A stretch of 64,000 nt of DNA, from IMG/VR virus record IMGVR_UViG_3300033067_000113, positions 1 to 64,000 of that record; one strand, 5' to 3'. A program made the translations under genes and the position numbers. The notes beneath the pieces were generated by a model that worked only from the letters and a program-made list of their open reading frames with translations, did not search any database and was not told the DNA's origin. The stretch comes from a virus (Duplodnaviria; Caudoviricetes). Shown one piece after another: positions 1 through 9,112 of this stretch (within the stretch, counting starts at the first letter, position 1; every line of letters starts with the position of its first letter).

Positions 1-1
1 T

Positions 2-361
2 AAAGACTTCCTAAGTGAAATTAAAGGCATCATGGAAGAATACACAGACTTTAAGATTAAGCTGTGGTGCTTTGACACCCGAGTATACAACGAACAAGAC
101 TACGACGGCTACTCAATTAACGAGTTCGACGAGTATCAACCGAAAGGCGGTGGTGGTACTGAGTTCGATGCTAACTGGGAATACATGAAGGAACACGATA
201 TTAACCCTAAAAAGTTTATCATGTTCACAGACGGTTATCCATGGGGTAGTTGGGGTGATGAAAACTACTGTGATACAATCTTTATTATTCACGGTAACAA
301 TACCATTGTTCCACCATGGGGCGAATACGCTTACTACGAAGAAGTTAAAGTGAGAGCTTAA
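2..361 (+). CDS. vWA-domain protein, C-terminal part (DUF2201/VWA-like; 5' truncated by window edge)
   Basis: Frame is open from base 2 (KDFLSEIKGI-MEEY...). GGGGTEF and FIMFTDGY are typical of the C-terminal half of vWA/MIDAS domains. Confidence 0.65.
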   Translation, partial: KDFLSEIKGIMEEYTDFKIKLWCFDTRVYNEQDYDGYSINEFDEYQPKGGGGTEFDANWEYMKEHDINPKKFIMFTDGYPWGSWGDENYCDTIFIIHGNNTIVPPWGEYAYYEEVKVRA

Positions 362-648
362 TGGCATTAAAGAACGGCAAACCTAACCCACTAAATTACT
401 TTGGAATAAGGAGGGTTGAGTTTGCCTGTCCTCATTTCAAGTATTCTACTTTAGACAAGTACAATCCAACACTTTTAAAACAGTTGGATAATTGGATTAA
501 AACCAATTTAAATAATCGCTATTATATAGGGCAAAGCCTAGCCCTAGATCATACAAATACAATAGTTTATAATACTCGTATTGGATTTGAATCGGAAAAG
601 GAACTTAGTTTCTTCACGATTGCCTGTCCACATTTACAAACGAGATAA
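361..648 (+). CDS. hypothetical protein
   Basis: 95-aa ORF whose start overlaps the upstream stop (TAATG coupling); no recognised motif. Confidence 0.7.
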   Translation: MALKNGKPNPLNYFGIRRVEFACPHFKYSTLDKYNPTLLKQLDNWIKTNLNNRYYIGQSLALDHTNTIVYNTRIGFESEKELSFFTIACPHLQTR

Positions 649-679
649 ATTATATACACACTTAATTTAAGGAGATACC

Positions 680-901
680 ATGACTGATCAAGTGGAAAAT
701 AAAGAACAGCCTACACCAGAAGCGGCAGCGCCTGCGGCTGAACTTAATATTGCTGACCTAAATGCAATGAAACAAATTATCGATATTGCAAGTGCCCGTG
801 GCGCTTTCAAACCAAATGAAATGATAGTAGTTGGACAGACCTATTCCAAGCTAACTACATTCTTAGATGCTGTTGCAAAACAAGCTGAAGGAGCAAAATA
901 A
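680..901 (+). CDS. hypothetical protein
   Basis: 73-aa ORF with AAGGAG RBS immediately upstream. Confidence 0.75.
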   Translation: MTDQVENKEQPTPEAAAPAAELNIADLNAMKQIIDIASARGAFKPNEMIVVGQTYSKLTTFLDAVAKQAEGAK

Positions 902-1509
902 TGGAATTAAAACATGTAGGTAGAATTATTGCTACCGGCAAAAGATGCGTAGTAGCATATCGCACACTACCAGGCGATGCGTATAACTGCGTAATCGTTC
1001 CAACAGAAAACTTACCAGATAGTTACCACGATGCTGTTATCAATCTAGTAGAAAGCAATGCAGGTCAAAGTGCTTACGAATTTGCAGAAGCTATGGCACG
1101 AAGCACACTACCTGACGGTAGCACAATGCTAGCGGCTTTGCATACTCAAGGTCGTCTTGTAAAGATTGCTACTGATAAGATCGAAATGACTCCAACACCA
1201 GGTGTCACAGTAGTACTATCAGAGTTGAATCAAATTATTGCAGAACAACGAGGTATTCCAGTAGATGGTTTATCTATTAAGTCTAACGATACATCTGGTG
1301 CTCGTCCTGATGCTCCTGCACAAAAAGCTGAAACTACTGCACCTGCTAAAGTTGCAGAGGTTAGCGAAATTAAACCAGTAATGGGCGACACTCCAGAAGA
1401 ACAAGCAAAGTTCTACCGTAGTCAAGCAGACAAGCTGGCTAAAGAAGCGGCTGCAATGCGTCGCCTAGCAGAAGAGTTGGCACCTACAAAGAAGCCTAAA
1501 GCAGAGTGA
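901..1509 (+). CDS. hypothetical protein
   Basis: 202-aa ORF coupled to the previous stop (TAATG); Pro/Ala-rich linker and a helical basic C-terminus. Confidence 0.75.
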   Translation: MELKHVGRIIATGKRCVVAYRTLPGDAYNCVIVPTENLPDSYHDAVINLVESNAGQSAYEFAEAMARSTLPDGSTMLAALHTQGRLVKIATDKIEMTPTPGVTVVLSELNQIIAEQRGIPVDGLSIKSNDTSGARPDAPAQKAETTAPAKVAEVSEIKPVMGDTPEEQAKFYRSQADKLAKEAAAMRRLAEELAPTKKPKAE

Positions 1510-1826
1510 CAGCACAGGGAAGAACTCTTCCCAAGGAAGTCATAGAAGGTTGGCCAGAAGTGTTTGGGGAGGTAAAGCTCAATGTTTTACCCCTTAGGTA
1601 TCTCCATGCGGTTTTGGTCAACTTTAAAGATGGCAAGACTTGGGAAATAAAAGTAACAACAAAAACAAAACGAAGTGGTTGGGATTCGTTTGAAAGGTCA
1701 CTGTCTGAATTGTTTAAAGCATACGAAGACAGGATCTTAGATATCGATTTTAAACTAGACACAGAACGAGTCAGAAAAGACATTGAAAAATCAACACAGA
1801 AATTCTTAAAGAAAAAAACAATATGA
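1506..1826 (+). CDS. hypothetical protein (GTG start)
   Basis: 106-aa ORF with GTGA start/stop overlap upstream and ATGA overlap with thyX downstream. Confidence 0.7.
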   Translation: MTAQGRTLPKEVIEGWPEVFGEVKLNVLPLRYLHAVLVNFKDGKTWEIKVTTKTKRSGWDSFERSLSELFKAYEDRILDIDFKLDTERVRKDIEKSTQKFLKKKTI

Positions 1827-2512
1827 ATGTTAAACTTATTTCCTATTCACAACCAACAGACGAATTTGCAGACTTGGGTGTCGACAATGCACAAGAACTC
1901 ATTGCGTATTGCGCCCGTGTCAGCAACCCGAGCAATCAACTTAATACCGAAACAAGTGAAAAACTCATCAAATACTTGGTCAAACACGCACACTGGTCAC
2001 CGCTCGAAATGGTCTCTGCTTGCGTTGAGATCGAAACTACAAGAGATATTGCAAGACAGATCTTGCGACACAGAAGCTTCAGCTTCCAAGAGTTTTCACA
2101 GCGTTATGCAGACCCAACAAAGGATCTTGACTTTGTTATTAGAGAAGCACGATTCCAAGATACTAAGAACAGACAAAACTCAGTTGAACTCGATCTTACA
2201 GATCCAGGACAGCGAGAAATTAGTCGTATATGGAATGAAAAACAACAAGATATTATTAGAGCCGTTAAAGACGCCTACTCTTGGGCTGTCAGTAATGGCA
2301 TAGCAAAAGAACAAGCTCGTGCTGTGTTGCCGGAAGGTAATACAGTAAGTCGTTTGTACATGAACGGCACTTTGCGTTCATGGGTGCATTTCATTGAATT
2401 ACGAAGTGCAAATGGGACACAGAAAGAACACCAGCTAGTAGCATTAGCTTGCGCTAAAGCTATTGCGGCAATCTTTCCAATGTCTCAAGAATTGATTGAT
2501 ACTTCAAATTGA
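1823..2512 (+). CDS. thyX: flavin-dependent thymidylate synthase
   Basis: ThyX signature RHRX7S (RHRSFSFQEFS), plus HWSPLEM and QARAVLP motifs. Confidence 0.95.
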   Translation: MNVKLISYSQPTDEFADLGVDNAQELIAYCARVSNPSNQLNTETSEKLIKYLVKHAHWSPLEMVSACVEIETTRDIARQILRHRSFSFQEFSQRYADPTKDLDFVIREARFQDTKNRQNSVELDLTDPGQREISRIWNEKQQDIIRAVKDAYSWAVSNGIAKEQARAVLPEGNTVSRLYMNGTLRSWVHFIELRSANGTQKEHQLVALACAKAIAAIFPMSQELIDTSN

Positions 2513-3159
2513 GTGTGTAACCAATCGAAGTCGTTGATAAGGGATAATGCCGGTATGTTACCGGCATTTTCTTGACCGTAGGTTCTGCCAGCGAGTGCGC
2601 CTTTTAAGGCATTTTCGTCAGTAGTTTGCGTACACCATACATCTAGTCTATGCGTAGTTTCGTCGTCTACTTGTCCGTCAATTACTTTACTAGACAATTT
2701 AACACACTCTCTAAATGCACTGCGCCAGCTGGTAAATGGATCTGTGTTAAATGCCGTAACATTGCTTACTTGATCCATTGCTTTAAACTTTGTGCTAATG
2801 CTAGTTGTCATATCAACACGACTAGTATCCATTTGCATAGTTAATTTCTTTGGTAACAATTTTATGCCGCCGTTGCCGTATTCTAATCCGTTCACAGGAT
2901 TGCGACTGCGCCATACATGTACTACATCAAGCTCACTGTCAGGTACTGTATAATCAAAGTTAAAGGTATCTAACACTTCTGCATCTCCGTCTACTACCCA
3001 GAACATTCTAGTGAATGCTTTCTTAGCGGCGGCAATATGTGCTTGATGTATTCCTCTAACGCCGTGTACTCTACGCAATGTAGGAAAACGGCTTTTTAGT
3101 CGTGTGTAATTTTCTTCTGCGTTTGGCTCATTGTAACTGATAAAGACTATATCGTACAT
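2485..3159 (-). CDS. GT-A fold glycosyltransferase-like protein (paralog of 3159..4058)
   Basis: DIVFISYNEPNAE..RVHGVRGIHQAH N-terminus, DxD motif (VDGD), YGNGGIKL shared with the neighbouring gene. Confidence 0.65.
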   Translation of the reverse strand: MYDIVFISYNEPNAEENYTRLKSRFPTLRRVHGVRGIHQAHIAAAKKAFTRMFWVVDGDAEVLDTFNFDYTVPDSELDVVHVWRSRNPVNGLEYGNGGIKLLPKKLTMQMDTSRVDMTTSISTKFKAMDQVSNVTAFNTDPFTSWRSAFRECVKLSSKVIDGQVDDETTHRLDVWCTQTTDENALKGALAGRTYGQENAGNIPALSLINDFDWLHTQFEVSINS

Positions 3160-4058
3160 TACTTTCTCACTACTCTTGGTGTGTTTTGATAGACTTTTCT
3201 AAAGAACTTAGATCCAGCAGGATCAAGGTTAGCAATTTCTAATCCACATTTTTCTCTAAGTTCATTACCATAGAAATTGATTTGCTTTGCTTTATCTTCG
3301 TCGCTGGCATTTTCATAATGTTCGTTCCAATAGTTGGTCAGCCAATCGAAATCACGAACATTTGCATAATCCCAATCTGTACAGTTAGTTAAGGCAGCGC
3401 CTTCTCGTGCTCCTAGTACACTATAGATTCCGTTTTCTACATCAGCGCCAACACTACACCAAATTAACAAACGCTGATAATTTTGCCACCATGTTCTTTT
3501 AAGGTCATCTACTTTAGTACCTTGATCTAGCGACATTTTCACGCCTTCTCGGAAACCTGCTCTCCATGCTTGAAAGGAAGTAGCGTTAGTGAAGCTCTCG
3601 CTATAACTGTCATTAAACTGGTAATAACGATCGTCGAAACAAAATTCTACTTTACCTTTTTCATCGCCTTCTTCACTGTTCTCATGTGTACGCATTTCAT
3701 TTACAAATTTGCGTGTCCATAATTTTAGGCCGCCGTTGCCGTACATAAGTCCGTTGACATGAACTTTACCGCACCAACTAAAAACATTTTCTGCTGATAA
3801 TCCTAATTCATCTAAATCAATCTCTACTTTAAGAAAGTCTGGATCTACAATATTGTCTGCATCGACAGTAACAAAGTATTCAGTGTCGCTCAATGCGGCA
3901 CAGGCTTTATGTGCGGCATCGCTGCCTTTAACACCATGCACACGCTTTGCCCAAGGCACCTTTGTTAGCAAGTCTGCATAATTCTTTTCAGCATTTGGTT
4001 CGTCATAGCTGAGGAAAATAATATCCTGTTCTACAATTTTAATTTTATTCATATACAA
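3159..4058 (-). CDS. GT-A fold glycosyltransferase-like protein
   Basis: DIIFLSYDEPNAE..RVHGVKGSDAAH, DxD motif (VDAD), YGNGGLKL, AWRAGFREGVK; clear paralog of 2485..3159. Confidence 0.65.
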   Translation of the reverse strand: MYMNKIKIVEQDIIFLSYDEPNAEKNYADLLTKVPWAKRVHGVKGSDAAHKACAALSDTEYFVTVDADNIVDPDFLKVEIDLDELGLSAENVFSWCGKVHVNGLMYGNGGLKLWTRKFVNEMRTHENSEEGDEKGKVEFCFDDRYYQFNDSYSESFTNATSFQAWRAGFREGVKMSLDQGTKVDDLKRTWWQNYQRLLIWCSVGADVENGIYSVLGAREGAALTNCTDWDYANVRDFDWLTNYWNEHYENASDEDKAKQINFYGNELREKCGLEIANLDPAGSKFFRKVYQNTPRVVRK

Positions 4059-4563
4059 CCTTTAACCCGTATGAGTCTAAATTCTTTCTAGTCAGTACTG
4101 CTACTTTGTTAATGTCATTTTCGTAGTCTGTAATAAACGGAATTATTACAGGATCATTTCCTAAACTTGGACATAATACTCTTAACAGAACATCATGATT
4201 TGATTCTTTTACAATAAACAATACCGGTGCTGTGCTATCAGGGCCCGTAAATTTCCAATGACGATTTTGTTGATCCCATTCAACAATAACTGCTTGGTCA
4301 TCCGCAGTCTCTACAATTCGTTCAAACATTGCTACAGTACTTTTAACAACAATGTCTTTTTCTTTGACTAGAGCATTTTTAATAACCTTGTACTTAGTGT
4401 ATGACTCTTTACCTTCAAGAAATTGCATAGCAACTTCTTTGCTAATCTCAATTAGGCTTCCGTCTACTAGGTGATTTAGTATGCCAGCTACTGCGCCAGT
4501 TTCTGGATAGTACTTAGCGTAATAACATTCGACAATAGGTTCTTGTTTTTTCTTCTTAGCCAT
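4045..4563 (-). CDS. hypothetical protein within the glycosyltransferase cluster
   Basis: 172-aa ORF overlapping both neighbours by a few bases. Confidence 0.65.
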   Translation of the reverse strand: MAKKKKQEPIVECYYAKYYPETGAVAGILNHLVDGSLIEISKEVAMQFLEGKESYTKYKVIKNALVKEKDIVVKSTVAMFERIVETADDQAVIVEWDQQNRHWKFTGPDSTAPVLFIVKESNHDVLLRVLCPSLGNDPVIIPFITDYENDINKVAVLTRKNLDSYGLKVVYE

Positions 4564-5386
4564 TTAAGTCCTCAAGTGTTTTTATCATGTGAGGTTTGAT
4601 AAAGTCTTTTTCAACATAGTGGAATAGTGCAGGCTGTTTGATATTACCCACTAACAATTCACCATTGTTATTTAGGTCTGCACTAACTGCATGTTGCCAA
4701 CTTACTGGCGGCACAATCCAATTTTGTATTGCAGGTTTCATGTGTACAAATTCAAACGGACTACATGAATCAAATACTTCATCTTCTATACATAATGTCT
4801 TAATTGCTATAGCACTTGCAAGGTCCATACTTGGATAGCGTTGCTTGTTATTTGGGGCAAACTTAGACACACACGCATCCCAGTTACGCACAACAAACTT
4901 TAACTGTTTGTAAAATTCTAAAGGTAAATCACGCTGTTTAAAATAGTGCAATGCAAAGTACGGATTGCTAAGATAGTTGTTAATAAACGCTTGTCTATGT
5001 ACGGTGTCAGTTACTTGTTCTAGCTTATGATTTAATATACGAGATGCAAAATGCAGATCAAACTTACTGCAATATTCCCACCAGTATGTAATATCGTCTA
5101 GCAGTAGCATGTCGGCATCTAGCACAATAGTTTCTTTATAGGGAGTAATATGAAATAACTTCCAGCGTGACTCAGTTTCAAATCGAGAACCATCTGATGT
5201 AGTAGGTATGATATTATCAAACACTAGTTTATAATGATCTGGAACAACATTATCAGTGACTAGTGAAATATTAGAAACAGTTTGTTGACTTGCCTTAATA
5301 GATAATGCCAATGCGTATGCTTGTTCCACATAGTTTACATCAGCAGTATTATTTGCTAAAACTAAAAATCCCTTAGACATTTTCAA
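4556..5386 (-). CDS. glycosyltransferase, GT8-like (ATG start probably at 5380)
   Basis: KLFHITPYKETIVLDADML (DxD) and a C-terminal FVHMKP; resembles the GT8 core. Confidence 0.65.
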   Translation of the reverse strand: MKMSKGFLVLANNTADVNYVEQAYALALSIKASQQTVSNISLVTDNVVPDHYKLVFDNIIPTTSDGSRFETESRWKLFHITPYKETIVLDADMLLLDDITYWWEYCSKFDLHFASRILNHKLEQVTDTVHRQAFINNYLSNPYFALHYFKQRDLPLEFYKQLKFVVRNWDACVSKFAPNNKQRYPSMDLASAIAIKTLCIEDEVFDSCSPFEFVHMKPAIQNWIVPPVSWQHAVSADLNNNGELLVGNIKQPALFHYVEKDFIKPHMIKTLEDLNG

Positions 5387-6200
5387 TAGCCCTCAATAAA
5401 CTACTCTTGTTCATAACATGCACATCTATGCCAGTTGTTTTAGCAGGAATATATTCTGATAGACTTCTTTCTTTTTGAATTAAGAATTGCATCGCATTAT
5501 CTTTGATATTAACTAACATATCTTTGTCTGTAATGTATGTCATAGTACCCGGCAACTCTACTGCAAAGTCTCCGTTAGTTTTATTATTCATTAAATGAAT
5601 AGCAATACTGAATGCATGGTCGTTTCTAAAAATTGTAGAAGAAACATTATATAACTGTCTATAGTAAGCCCAGTTAACTTTTATGTAGGCGATTAAATTA
5701 AAGAACGCTTCTGTTGTAGAATTTTTTTCAAATATAAAAGTAGTTGCCCAGTAAAACGGAATACTGTACTGACTAAGTCTCGTAAATTCTAAGGTGTTGC
5801 GCCAGTTGGCTAACGGCATGCTGTTACGATATATTTGAAGATCGAACTCTCTATCAAATGCAGGTTTAAGAACGCTACTATTAATAATGTAATCGCTATC
5901 AATTACTAGCGTCTTATCATAAGGAGTTAAGTTATAAGTTCCGCTTCTTGCTAGGTTCTTCCACTCAACTCGTTGATGTTGAATAGTACCATCGTTAAAT
6001 GTCTTCTGACTGTGATTAGCCGTGGCGTCTATAGGAATTATCTTATCAAACACTCCAGGAGTTACTAGCTCAGGTGTATCAGTGACTAGAGATACTGGGA
6101 TATCTAAATATTTGTCAATACGACTTGCGGCAAACTCTGCCATCTTAATATAATCTATAACAGAATTATTCTGTGCAAAGATTAACGCACCATGTGTCAT
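5373..6200 (-). CDS. glycosyltransferase, GT8-like (paralog of 4556..5386)
   Basis: YNLTPYDKTLVIDSDYI (DxD), RNDHAFSIA, DVHVMNK. Confidence 0.65.
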   Translation of the reverse strand: MTHGALIFAQNNSVIDYIKMAEFAASRIDKYLDIPVSLVTDTPELVTPGVFDKIIPIDATANHSQKTFNDGTIQHQRVEWKNLARSGTYNLTPYDKTLVIDSDYIINSSVLKPAFDREFDLQIYRNSMPLANWRNTLEFTRLSQYSIPFYWATTFIFEKNSTTEAFFNLIAYIKVNWAYYRQLYNVSSTIFRNDHAFSIAIHLMNNKTNGDFAVELPGTMTYITDKDMLVNIKDNAMQFLIQKERSLSEYIPAKTTGIDVHVMNKSSLLRAIENV

Positions 6201-6547
6201 AAACTAACTAGTGCCTCAACTTGACGCTTGCTTTTTAATTCAGAATACTTTGCGTGATAGTTATTAACTGACTCAAAGTAGATAGATACTAGGTTATCTA
6301 AAAACTCCTGCACATCAGCTACTACGATTGGCAGTTTATTTTCATCTAGGAAAATAACTTCAGCGTCATGACCTAGGTCAAGGACTGTTTTGGTAAAATT
6401 AATCAGTTCCGGTGTAATTTTAAATGTGCCACCGTTCACATAGTACACTAGTCTTTGGCTCAATTCTTCTTGAATTAGTCTACGCTGATTAGACAGCGTA
6501 GCCATATAGTTTGCCATTTCAAATGCTTTTTCGATATTCTCGTCCAT
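6197..6547 (-). CDS. hypothetical protein, first gene of the GT operon
   Basis: 116-aa ORF with GGAG RBS; ATGA overlap with the next gene. Confidence 0.7.
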   Translation of the reverse strand: MDENIEKAFEMANYMATLSNQRRLIQEELSQRLVYYVNGGTFKITPELINFTKTVLDLGHDAEVIFLDENKLPIVVADVQEFLDNLVSIYFESVNNYHAKYSELKSKRQVEALVSL

Positions 6548-6567
6548 AAGATAACTCCGTAATGTAC

Positions 6568-6596
6568 ATAGTACACTATTTTAGTTATCAAGTCAA
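6568..6596 (-). promoter_or_regulatory. sigma70-type promoter TTGACT-N17-TACTAT for the GT cluster
   Basis: Minus strand reads TTGACT (6596-6591), a 17-nt spacer and TACTAT (6573-6568), about 20 nt upstream of the ATG at 6547. Confidence 0.75.
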
Positions 6597-6599
6597 GAG

Positions 6600-6621
6600 A
6601 TCAGGACAATTAAGTCCTGAT
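6600..6621 (-). terminator. hairpin/putative terminator after the 6630..7568 gene
   Basis: Perfect 8-bp inverted repeat ATCAGGAC-AATTAA-GTCCTGAT just after the stop; only a weak U-tract. Confidence 0.55.
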
Positions 6622-6629
6622 ATATTAGA

Positions 6630-7568
6630 TTAAGCCCAGCCAGTAGCTGAAGCTGGTGGAGCAGGAACATAAACATTACCTGCGCCACTTGGGTAGTACG
6701 CCTTACAATAGCTGTAAATTGTACCTGTGACGTTTTCGTCAATACCAAAACCCGGATCTGGTGTAGATGGAGGTGCTAGTGACGAGTCAGCAAGCGTGAT
6801 ATAAAACTCTAATACATTCTTATTTGAATTTGTAAAACGAGCAGTTAAGAAATAATCGTTTAGACCATATGCACTAGTACCAGGTGCAGCCTTGTTGTAG
6901 ATCTGCACTGCGGAAGTTGTCATATAGTAAAAACCGCTATTCGGAGTAATGATAGAAGTTGAAGAACCGTCAGGACTAGTTGTTTGATATGCACCAAAGT
7001 TAATTGATGTCATGGCTGCAAACATTTGTGCCCATTGCCAATCTTTAGTATTTACTGATCCGCTAGTGCCACCTGATAAAGAAGCTGAGAATCTAATCTG
7101 GCCGCCTGCATTAAAGAAATACCTTGCGGCATCAAAGTTAGTAAAGCTAACTTGTACTAAGTGACTGATACTTCCATTCCATGCAGTACTACGAATAACT
7201 GGAGAAATAATATCAACTTCAGATGCTTTTGATGAGGCAACTACTAATCTGTTAGTATCAGCATCTGTTGCTTTAGTTAGCATTGCAGATCTAATAGACT
7301 CTGAAACTTTCTTGCTAGTAGTAGGAGTTTGTAACGAACTAAAAGACTCGTCTAATCCAGTTTGGTGACTTCTTGCTTTAGCAATGTCGTTTTGCAAATT
7401 CAACCACTGTTCAACTCTAATAGTTCGAGTAGTATCTACCTGTGAACTCGTTACAGTTTGCCCATACCCATAGTCGCCGTCGTTAACGGTTGCGCCAAGT
7501 ATACGGGCAATTTTGGTTTGAATAGTATTGTAATCTGATGCTAAGATACTTGTATTTTGGCCGGCCAT
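6630..7568 (-). CDS. putative virion structural protein
   Basis: 312 aa, Ser/Thr/Gly-rich, last gene of the structural block, own TAAATA motif upstream. Confidence 0.6.
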   Translation of the reverse strand: MAGQNTSILASDYNTIQTKIARILGATVNDGDYGYGQTVTSSQVDTTRTIRVEQWLNLQNDIAKARSHQTGLDESFSSLQTPTTSKKVSESIRSAMLTKATDADTNRLVVASSKASEVDIISPVIRSTAWNGSISHLVQVSFTNFDAARYFFNAGGQIRFSASLSGGTSGSVNTKDWQWAQMFAAMTSINFGAYQTTSPDGSSTSIITPNSGFYYMTTSAVQIYNKAAPGTSAYGLNDYFLTARFTNSNKNVLEFYITLADSSLAPPSTPDPGFGIDENVTGTIYSYCKAYYPSGAGNVYVPAPPASATGWA

Positions 7569-7586
7569 GTTAATCCTCGTTTACAA

Positions 7587-7592
7587 TATTTA
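7587..7592 (-). promoter_or_regulatory. putative late promoter TAAATA
   Basis: TAAATA 19 nt upstream of the ATG at 7568, with a GAGG RBS between. Confidence 0.6.
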
Positions 7593-7595
7593 GTG

Positions 7596-9077
7596 TTATA
7601 GAATCAAGCATTCTACAAGTTTGATACCTGCATCATCACTAGATTCTAATGCTACTGCAAACACTCCAGCCGCATGTGGCGCTGCCATTGTAGCACAACC
7701 ATCGTTGGCTGCAACTAATTGGTCGCCTTTCTTGATGCTACCTGTAACTTTAACTGGAACACGGCCTTTTAGAGCAATATAAGTACCACCTTCTAAGTCA
7801 CTATTCATCATGTAAGCAGGATTTGTCGAAACCGCACCAATTGCACGGCTACCCCATGTTGATGCTGTTACTTCTTTCTCGCCGCCAACGCAAACTACAG
7901 TACCTTTTTCGTATTCTGCATCAGCAAGATACTTTTCAGCCAAGTCAGCATAACGAGCAGTAGTTGCAACACCCTGGAATAAGGTTGCATTTAAGTTGCC
8001 GCTAGCATCGCGAACTGCGATTGTGTTAGCAGGACCTAAGTCAGCTTCGCCAACTGATGCACTGTAATACTCAGTACCAACTTTTAGCGTATTTGCCTTA
8101 GTTGCTTTACCTTCAAATACATCTGCATATACTGTGTTGTAAGTAAATGATGATGAACCGATGTTTGAAATGTTATTGCTACCTGGTAAAATGTCATTAC
8201 CAACTAACTTCAATGGAGTTTTTAACGAACTGTTAACTGTTGTTTGGAAAACAATAGTGTCGTTAAGCATGTTCTGGAATGTAGGATACTGTGCGCCATC
8301 ATTGAATACACGCAATCTTGGGTTAGCACCAACTGTATACCCAAGGTCTGAGAAGCTTACTAGTGTGCTAAAGGCAGCACTATTAGACTTAACAAACGAA
8401 TCAGCACTGAAACCGCCTAGGCGTTCAGAATTAGTAGCAGTTCCCCAGAATCTGTGGTTACTAGTTGTTTCGCCAGGACGAACATCAGTATTAGAATAGC
8501 AAAGTGTAATACCTTGCTGAATCTTAGTGAAGCCAGTAATAGCACTAGTTGCAGTATCTAATGTAAATTCAGCATCTGGGCTAACTATAAAGATTGTATC
8601 ACCGTTTGCAACTGCTTCAATAACAGCGTGAGTGTCACCTAATGTGTCAGTAACGCTACGACTACGCATCTGTGTAGTATCAGAACCTTCAACACCTTGT
8701 GGGCCAACTAGAATAAAAGCGCCGCCATCCCATGCAAACAACTGTTTGTTGTTAGTATCAAACCAGAAATCACCAACTGTTAACCCTGTAGGTGCTGTTG
8801 CACCAATTTCAGCACCGCCTGTAGTACGCCACTTTTGACTATCATAGAACTTTAGTTTGCTAGTGCCGCTATCGTACCAAAGCTGGCCGCTTAATGGGCG
8901 TGGTGGCGGGCTAATGTTAGAAAAGTTCTCTAACATGAAAACCATGTTTTCGTTCTGAACTTCCCCGTAACCGGCATAGTTTTTACCGATTAGTTTAATA
9001 TCTAATGTACTATCAATAGTACCGTCTGAAACTACAGTAACTTGTTGATTGTTGTATCTGTTGATGGTGTATGGCAT
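7596..9077 (-). CDS. baseplate/tail-fibre protein with C-terminal autocleaving chaperone (Peptidase_G2-like) domain
   Basis: Shared N-terminus (LIGKNYAGYGE..ENMVFMLENF..P..GQLWYD); C-terminal ADLAEKY..GTVV..IGAVSTNP..IALKGRVPVKV. Confidence 0.7.
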   Translation of the reverse strand: MPYTINRYNNQQVTVVSDGTIDSTLDIKLIGKNYAGYGEVQNENMVFMLENFSNISPPPRPLSGQLWYDSGTSKLKFYDSQKWRTTGGAEIGATAPTGLTVGDFWFDTNNKQLFAWDGGAFILVGPQGVEGSDTTQMRSRSVTDTLGDTHAVIEAVANGDTIFIVSPDAEFTLDTATSAITGFTKIQQGITLCYSNTDVRPGETTSNHRFWGTATNSERLGGFSADSFVKSNSAAFSTLVSFSDLGYTVGANPRLRVFNDGAQYPTFQNMLNDTIVFQTTVNSSLKTPLKLVGNDILPGSNNISNIGSSSFTYNTVYADVFEGKATKANTLKVGTEYYSASVGEADLGPANTIAVRDASGNLNATLFQGVATTARYADLAEKYLADAEYEKGTVVCVGGEKEVTASTWGSRAIGAVSTNPAYMMNSDLEGGTYIALKGRVPVKVTGSIKKGDQLVAANDGCATMAAPHAAGVFAVALESSDDAGIKLVECLIL

Positions 9078-9098
9078 CTCTTATTCCTTATTCCCTAG

Positions 9099-9104
9099 TA
9101 TTTA
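9099..9104 (-). promoter_or_regulatory. putative late promoter TAAATA
   Basis: TAAATA in the 35-nt gap upstream of the ATG at 9077. Confidence 0.6.
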
Positions 9105-9112
9105 TTCAAAAT

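Noticed and set aside
1827-2303. 158-aa ORF overlapping thyX in another frame
   Set aside because: Fully nested in a well-supported gene, with a TTG start and no recognisable motif.
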